Positions 59,275 through 64,000 of a stretch of DNA of 64,000 nucleotides are shown one piece after another. How positions within the stretch are numbered: the first letter of the stretch is position 1; each line of letters begins with the position of its first letter. The stretch lies in NCBI GenBank assembly GCA_965226795.1, contig CBDDDZ010000005.1, forward strand, positions 2,496,001 through 2,560,000, in the 5' to 3' direction. Below the pieces are notes generated by a model. The model was given only the letters and a program-made list of their open reading frames with translations, was not told where the DNA came from and did no database searches. The DNA comes from Candidatus Latescibacterota bacterium (GTDB taxonomy: Bacteria; Latescibacterota; UBA2968; GCA-2709665). A program made the translations under genes and the position numbers.

Positions 59275-61266
59275 ATGGCACTGCCAAAACCCCAAGAGCC
59301 ACCCTTCGAATCGACAGCCGACCCCCAGGATCGGGGCATCACGCTCCGTTCGGTGGGGATGGGCGTCATTGTATCGGCCCTCACCAGCGGCTGGGTCGCC
59401 TATTCACGCACCGCGGCGGATACGTCGGCGGTCAATATCACACACCTGCCCGTCTCCTTTCTCGCCATCTTCCTTGTCGTCCTCACGATCAACCTGATAC
59501 TTCGCAGGAGGCCCGAATCGGCCAGCCTGGGTCCGTCGGAGATGCTGACGATCATTGCAATGGGCCTTGTCGCCGCGATGATCCCCGCCCGGGGGCTCAC
59601 CGGCATCTGGCTGGGCCTGATGGCCGTTCCGTATTACCGGAGCACGCCCGAAAACGGCTGGATCGACTACATTCAGCCACACCTTCCGGACTATCTCTTC
59701 CCGACCAACGCCAGCCGGCAGACAAGCCTGCTCTACGAAGGGCTGCCGCCGGGCGCGGAAATCCCCTGGAATGTGTGGTACCTCCCGCTCTTCTGGTGGC
59801 TCACGCTCATCCTGGCGGGGTTCACGGTTTGCGCCTGCATCGCCGCGATCCTGCGAAAACAGTGGGTTGAATACGAACGCCTGGACTATCCCCTCCTAGC
59901 GCCCATTCTCGAAACCATCGACGACATCCATGACGCGTCGGGCAAAAACAAATGGCCGGACCTCTTCAAGGGCCACCTCTTCTGGATTGGCTTCTGGATC
60001 GCATTCGGCATTATCGGCTGGAACATTATTTCGTATTTCCAGCCCACGTGGCCCCGCATCAGCGTGAGTCCCAACGGGGGCCTGTTCTACTTTGCCCGGA
60101 TTTTCCCGCCCCTGCTCACCCACATCAATACGTACACGATCGGCTTCGGTTACTTCGTGAAGCTGGAAATCCTCTTCTCGATCTGGTTCTTCCACTTCCT
60201 GCTGATGTCCGAGATCGCCCTGATTCGAAAGACCGGCTTCCAATTCGGCCGCATGCACAAATCCGGCGGCGGATGGGGTGATCCGCTCGTCCAGTGGCAA
60301 TGCCTTGGCGCGCTCTTCGTCTTTGTGGCGTGGGGTTTCTGGTCGGCGCGACACCACCTCCGGGACGTCTTTCGCAAGGCCTTCTTTAATGACCCACGGG
60401 TGGACGATTCCGATGAAATCCTCTCCTACCGCACGGCCGTCATCGGGTTTATTCTGGGCAACCTCTACATTGTCGCTTGGTTGCACCAGGCGGGGATCGA
60501 ACTGGCATTGATGGCCATCACCGTTCCGGCGTCGATCATCATCTACATCGCTCTGGCGCGGTTCGTCTGTGAGTCCGGCACGCTGTACCTGGGCCTTCCG
60601 ACCAGCCCCCTGGACATGGGTTACCAGATCCTGGGAACCGAGACCATTTCCGCTCGGGTCCTTACCGCTTCGGCCACTTCGCACGCGCTGCGATGGATGT
60701 ATTTCATGCCCACCCTCTCCCAGGGGGCGAAAGCCATCGACCGCGTCCGAGGAAAACGGCGCGTCCTGTTCTGGGCCGTCCTCGCCGGACTGCTTACCGC
60801 CCTGGCCGTAAACATCTGGATCGTGCTCTACCTCGGGTATAAGTTCGGCGCATTCAACTTCACGGAGTACCCCTTCACCCGTTACGCCCCCAGCCTTTAC
60901 GACGGCATTGTTTCGAATATCAAATCGCCGGAACCGGCCTCCTGGGAACGCGTCGTGCTATTCGCCTTCGGCGGCATCCTCATGGCGGTCCTCACGCTTC
61001 TGCGCTACCGCCTGCCGTGGTGGCCGCTGCACCCCGTGGGCTTCATCGTCACCACCACCAGCCTCCTGCACGAAATCACCGCCATTCTCATCGTCTGGCT
61101 TTTCAAGGCCATGGTTATGCGCGTTGGCGGGGTACAGCTGTATCGCTATTTCCGTCCTCTTTTCTTCGGAATCATCGTGGGCCGGGCCACCGGTGTTCTG
61201 GTCTCCTTCCTGGTCGATCTGATCTGGTTTCCCGGCGGCGGCCACGGCGTACACGGCTGGTCTTGA
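59275..61266 (+). CDS. DUF6785/DUF6784-type multi-pass membrane protein (putative transporter)
   Basis: About 16 hydrophobic segments, ILRKQWVEYERLDYPL, SIWFFH, ARFVCESG, WWPLHPVGF. Confidence 0.78.
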   Translation: MALPKPQEPPFESTADPQDRGITLRSVGMGVIVSALTSGWVAYSRTAADTSAVNITHLPVSFLAIFLVVLTINLILRRRPESASLGPSEMLTIIAMGLVAAMIPARGLTGIWLGLMAVPYYRSTPENGWIDYIQPHLPDYLFPTNASRQTSLLYEGLPPGAEIPWNVWYLPLFWWLTLILAGFTVCACIAAILRKQWVEYERLDYPLLAPILETIDDIHDASGKNKWPDLFKGHLFWIGFWIAFGIIGWNIISYFQPTWPRISVSPNGGLFYFARIFPPLLTHINTYTIGFGYFVKLEILFSIWFFHFLLMSEIALIRKTGFQFGRMHKSGGGWGDPLVQWQCLGALFVFVAWGFWSARHHLRDVFRKAFFNDPRVDDSDEILSYRTAVIGFILGNLYIVAWLHQAGIELALMAITVPASIIIYIALARFVCESGTLYLGLPTSPLDMGYQILGTETISARVLTASATSHALRWMYFMPTLSQGAKAIDRVRGKRRVLFWAVLAGLLTALAVNIWIVLYLGYKFGAFNFTEYPFTRYAPSLYDGIVSNIKSPEPASWERVVLFAFGGILMAVLTLLRYRLPWWPLHPVGFIVTTTSLLHEITAILIVWLFKAMVMRVGGVQLYRYFRPLFFGIIVGRATGVLVSFLVDLIWFPGGGHGVHGWS

Positions 61267-61367
61267 ATCTCAACGCTCAAAATCCATTCCTTCCTTGACA
61301 GATCTCCTCGTTTCTGCGTTATTTTTCCGCTAAACAATGCCGGGTAATCTCTCTGGAGGATTTGCCC

Positions 61368-63149
61368 ATGTCAAAATGCGGTTTGTTTTCTCTTGTTGTC
61401 ACCGTGGTTCTGTGTTCTTCAGCCGCCGCACAGAACGGTAGGTTCCTATTCAGTTTTCCCCACGAAGTCAGCTTCCGTGACGAAATGGGCGGGCTGCCGG
61501 GCGCCGCGATGTTCGATTACGACAATGACGGGGACCTGGATATCTACGTTGCAAACGGTCACGGCCACGGTCCTGAATTTCGCAATTACCTGTTGGAAAA
61601 CGACGGGGACGGCAATTTCAGGGACGTCTCCCGGGAGGCGGGCGTGGCTGTCACGGTAGAAACACACGGCGTGGCGAGCGCCGATATCGACAACGACGGC
61701 GACGCGGATCTCTTCGTGGCCACGGACGGACGGAATTATCTCTTCCTGAACAACGGCGACGGGACCTTTGCCGACATCACGGAATCCGCGGGCATCGTCT
61801 CCCGTTACTTCTCATCGACCGTCGCGTTTGCCGACGTCGACAACGACGGGTACGTGGACATTTACGTGGGCGGCGCGGGCGGCGAAGGTGGCGTGGAGGC
61901 GAACAGACGCGTGGGCACAGGCGAACTCTATCTCAACAACGGCGATCTCACGTTCAAGGACATCACGGATGAAACCGGCACAGCAGGCACATATACCTGG
62001 TCAGTCCGCTTCTGCGACTATGACGACGACGGCGACGCGGACCTGTTCACGGCGAACGACCAGGGTATTGCTCTGGCGGAGGATTGGTCTCCCATCCTGC
62101 TGCACAGGAACGACGGCAACCTGAGGTTCACGGACGTCACCAGGGAAGCACGCCTGGGAATCACGGGAAGCTGGATGGGGCTTGCATTCGGAGATTACGA
62201 TCTGGATGGCGACTTTGACCTTTTCGCGACAAACGTCGGCGGCTCCTTCGTGGACAAGAAGGGTCACCAGGAATACGACCTGCACGGATTCTTCCGCAAC
62301 GACCAGGGTCGATTCACGAACATTGCCGAAGAATTAAAAGTTACCGAGGAACGCAGCCTGGCCAAATTGGAATTCGGCTGGGGAACGGTCTTTACGGATT
62401 TCGACAACGACGGGGACTTGGACCTGTACTACGTGGGCAACTTCGAAATGCTCCAGGCATATGAAAACCCGGGCCACCTCCTGATCAATGACGGGGCCGG
62501 CGCGTTCAAGGATTCCACGGCACGCTACGGTCTGAGGACGGTTGACGGTACAGGCAGGTACACCATCGCGGTTGGCGTTGCGACCGGTGACGTCAACGAC
62601 GACGGTCACGTGGATATTTTCGTCGCAAACGCCGGAACGAATGACCGGACGGGTTATCCGATGCTGTTTACGGAAAAATTCGACGACAACAACTGGATTC
62701 GTCTGAAACTGGAGGGCACCGAAAGCAACCGGTCGGCCATCGGCGCCAGAATCCGGCTGACCGCGGGCGGCAGGACCCAGATTCGCGACGTTGCCAGCGG
62801 CGGAAGCAGTTTCTCGCAGCACAGCCTTTGGCCGACGTTCGGCATCGGCACCAGCGCCGTGATTGACTCCATCAACATCCGCTGGCCCAGTGGCATTGTC
62901 CAGACGATCAGGGATGTTGAGCCCAACCAGACCCTGGAAATCCTGGAGGAGCGTCCGCCCCCCGAAGTCGTATACGCCAATCCCCGCACCGATTTCAACG
63001 GCGACGGGAGTGTCGATTTCACCGACTTCATCGGTTTTGCGAGAGCTTTCAACACGGATGATTCAACCTACGATCTGAACGGTGACAACCGGGTTGACTT
63101 CACCGATTTCATTGAATTCGCGAAGTCGTTCGGTCGACCGCTGCCGTAA
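61368..63149 (+). CDS. CRTAC1/ASPIC-UnbV FG-GAP repeat protein with C-terminal dockerin/EF-hand pair
   Basis: Repeated DxDNDGDxD loops, SNRSAIGARI, IRWPSG, tail TDFNGDGSVDFTDF...YDLNGDNRVDFTDF; GGAGG RBS. Confidence 0.88.
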   Translation: MSKCGLFSLVVTVVLCSSAAAQNGRFLFSFPHEVSFRDEMGGLPGAAMFDYDNDGDLDIYVANGHGHGPEFRNYLLENDGDGNFRDVSREAGVAVTVETHGVASADIDNDGDADLFVATDGRNYLFLNNGDGTFADITESAGIVSRYFSSTVAFADVDNDGYVDIYVGGAGGEGGVEANRRVGTGELYLNNGDLTFKDITDETGTAGTYTWSVRFCDYDDDGDADLFTANDQGIALAEDWSPILLHRNDGNLRFTDVTREARLGITGSWMGLAFGDYDLDGDFDLFATNVGGSFVDKKGHQEYDLHGFFRNDQGRFTNIAEELKVTEERSLAKLEFGWGTVFTDFDNDGDLDLYYVGNFEMLQAYENPGHLLINDGAGAFKDSTARYGLRTVDGTGRYTIAVGVATGDVNDDGHVDIFVANAGTNDRTGYPMLFTEKFDDNNWIRLKLEGTESNRSAIGARIRLTAGGRTQIRDVASGGSSFSQHSLWPTFGIGTSAVIDSINIRWPSGIVQTIRDVEPNQTLEILEERPPPEVVYANPRTDFNGDGSVDFTDFIGFARAFNTDDSTYDLNGDNRVDFTDFIEFAKSFGRPLP

Positions 63150-63153
63150 ATAG

Positions 63154-63180
63154 AAAAGCCCGGCGGGAGTTCCGTCGAGC
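63154..63180 (-). terminator. Putative terminator between convergent genes
   Basis: Minus strand GCTCGACGG-loop-CCGCCGGGC-TTTT. Confidence 0.45.
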
Positions 63181-63210
63181 CTGGTCGAAGCGTGATTGCA
63201 TCTCCGGCCT

Positions 63211-64000
63211 TCACGGTTTCTCGACCACCACGAACCCGAGGGAATCCACGGAAGTGGAACCGAACAGCCCGATTCCCCCCTCAACGTGGAACAGCGGTCG
63301 TCTGAAATTGTCGCCCGCGAGCCCACCAAACCACCCCTCCTGCGCCTCCGGCCCCGAGCGCACATAGTCGTACCAGTTCCTGTCCACCGCGTAAATCCGC
63401 ATCAGGTGTCGCCCCGTGAAATAGATCGCGAACCACGGCAACCTGACACTTCCTTCTGTCGACTCGATCGCCGGCGAACTGCCGGTTTTTTCCAGGTCGT
63501 CGTCGAACGGCCCGCGGTCCAGCGGGTCGGCATCCGTGTCCAGACTCACAATACCAACTTGATAGCCCGGGACATCGTTAGGGTTGAACCTGGCCTCGAG
63601 AAAACCGGTCCTGTAAACCACCCGGTTCTCCGGCGCAAGAAAAACCGCATCCTCCGCTTCGGCAAACGTCTTCAGTCTCCGCCGCACCGCTTCGGTCTTC
63701 GCATCCAGAACCACGCCCTCCCGCACCCGGAACGGGCCGGGAGTGATCGTTGTCGCCCGCGCCGTCCTGCCGTTTGCCGTTACGACTATTTCATACGCCG
63801 TATCCGGGGTTACAACCGGCGGATCGGGTGGCGGCGAATACTGAAACGGACTCGCATCCGGATCCCGGACATACCGAAAGACACGGTCCGTCTGCCGTAT
63901 TTCCACGACGGCATCCGGCACCACGGCATTCTTCGGCCTGTCGCGGTCGACTGAAGCCACCGTCTGTGTCACGAATACCGGGGGAAGCGGCCGTCCCACT
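63211..64000 (-). CDS. DUF4249-like protein (5' end outside window)
   Basis: GRPLPPVFVTQT, YAVDRNWYDY, HVEGGIGLFGS. Confidence 0.65.
   Translation of the reverse strand, partial: VGRPLPPVFVTQTVASVDRDRPKNAVVPDAVVEIRQTDRVFRYVRDPDASPFQYSPPPDPPVVTPDTAYEIVVTANGRTARATTITPGPFRVREGVVLDAKTEAVRRRLKTFAEAEDAVFLAPENRVVYRTGFLEARFNPNDVPGYQVGIVSLDTDADPLDRGPFDDDLEKTGSSPAIESTEGSVRLPWFAIYFTGRHLMRIYAVDRNWYDYVRSGPEAQEGWFGGLAGDNFRRPLFHVEGGIGLFGSTSVDSLGFVVVEKP

Overview
GC-rich bacterial chromosomal window with no rRNA, tRNA, CRISPR array or intact transposase that I can recognise. The gene mix (GWxTD proteins, PorV/PorQ-type barrel, dockerin-like tails, DUF6785/6784 membrane protein, sulfatase/PhyH/Gfo-type catabolic enzymes) suggests an FCB-group organism such as Latescibacterota; this is inference, not a marker-gene result. 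Layout: selA-selB at the left edge (selB runs off the window); housekeeping and catabolic genes from 4.9 to 31 kb (GalU-like, mazG, enolase-family dehydratase, Thr-type sulfatase-like enzyme, two HpcH aldolases, DegT, NUDIX, purB, D-Cys desulfhydrase-like, arsC and a nine-gene minus-strand catabolic run); a disrupted patch at 30.4-36.2 kb (three genes with frameshifts or stops, plus a HicA toxin relic); a 24-kb minus-strand envelope block; then secreted dockerin-tailed proteins and transport/lipoproteins. The best candidate for an undescribed system lies in that envelope block: a promoter-to-terminator operon of small OM barrel, TonB-dependent receptor, T9SS-CTD-like cargo and PorV-like barrel, with no SusD. 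It is flanked by two TPR-GWxTD proteins, a TMTC-like glycosyltransferase and further GT-C-like genes. Several dispersed REP/MITE and heptamer repeat families are present. All product calls come from motif recognition, not database searches.
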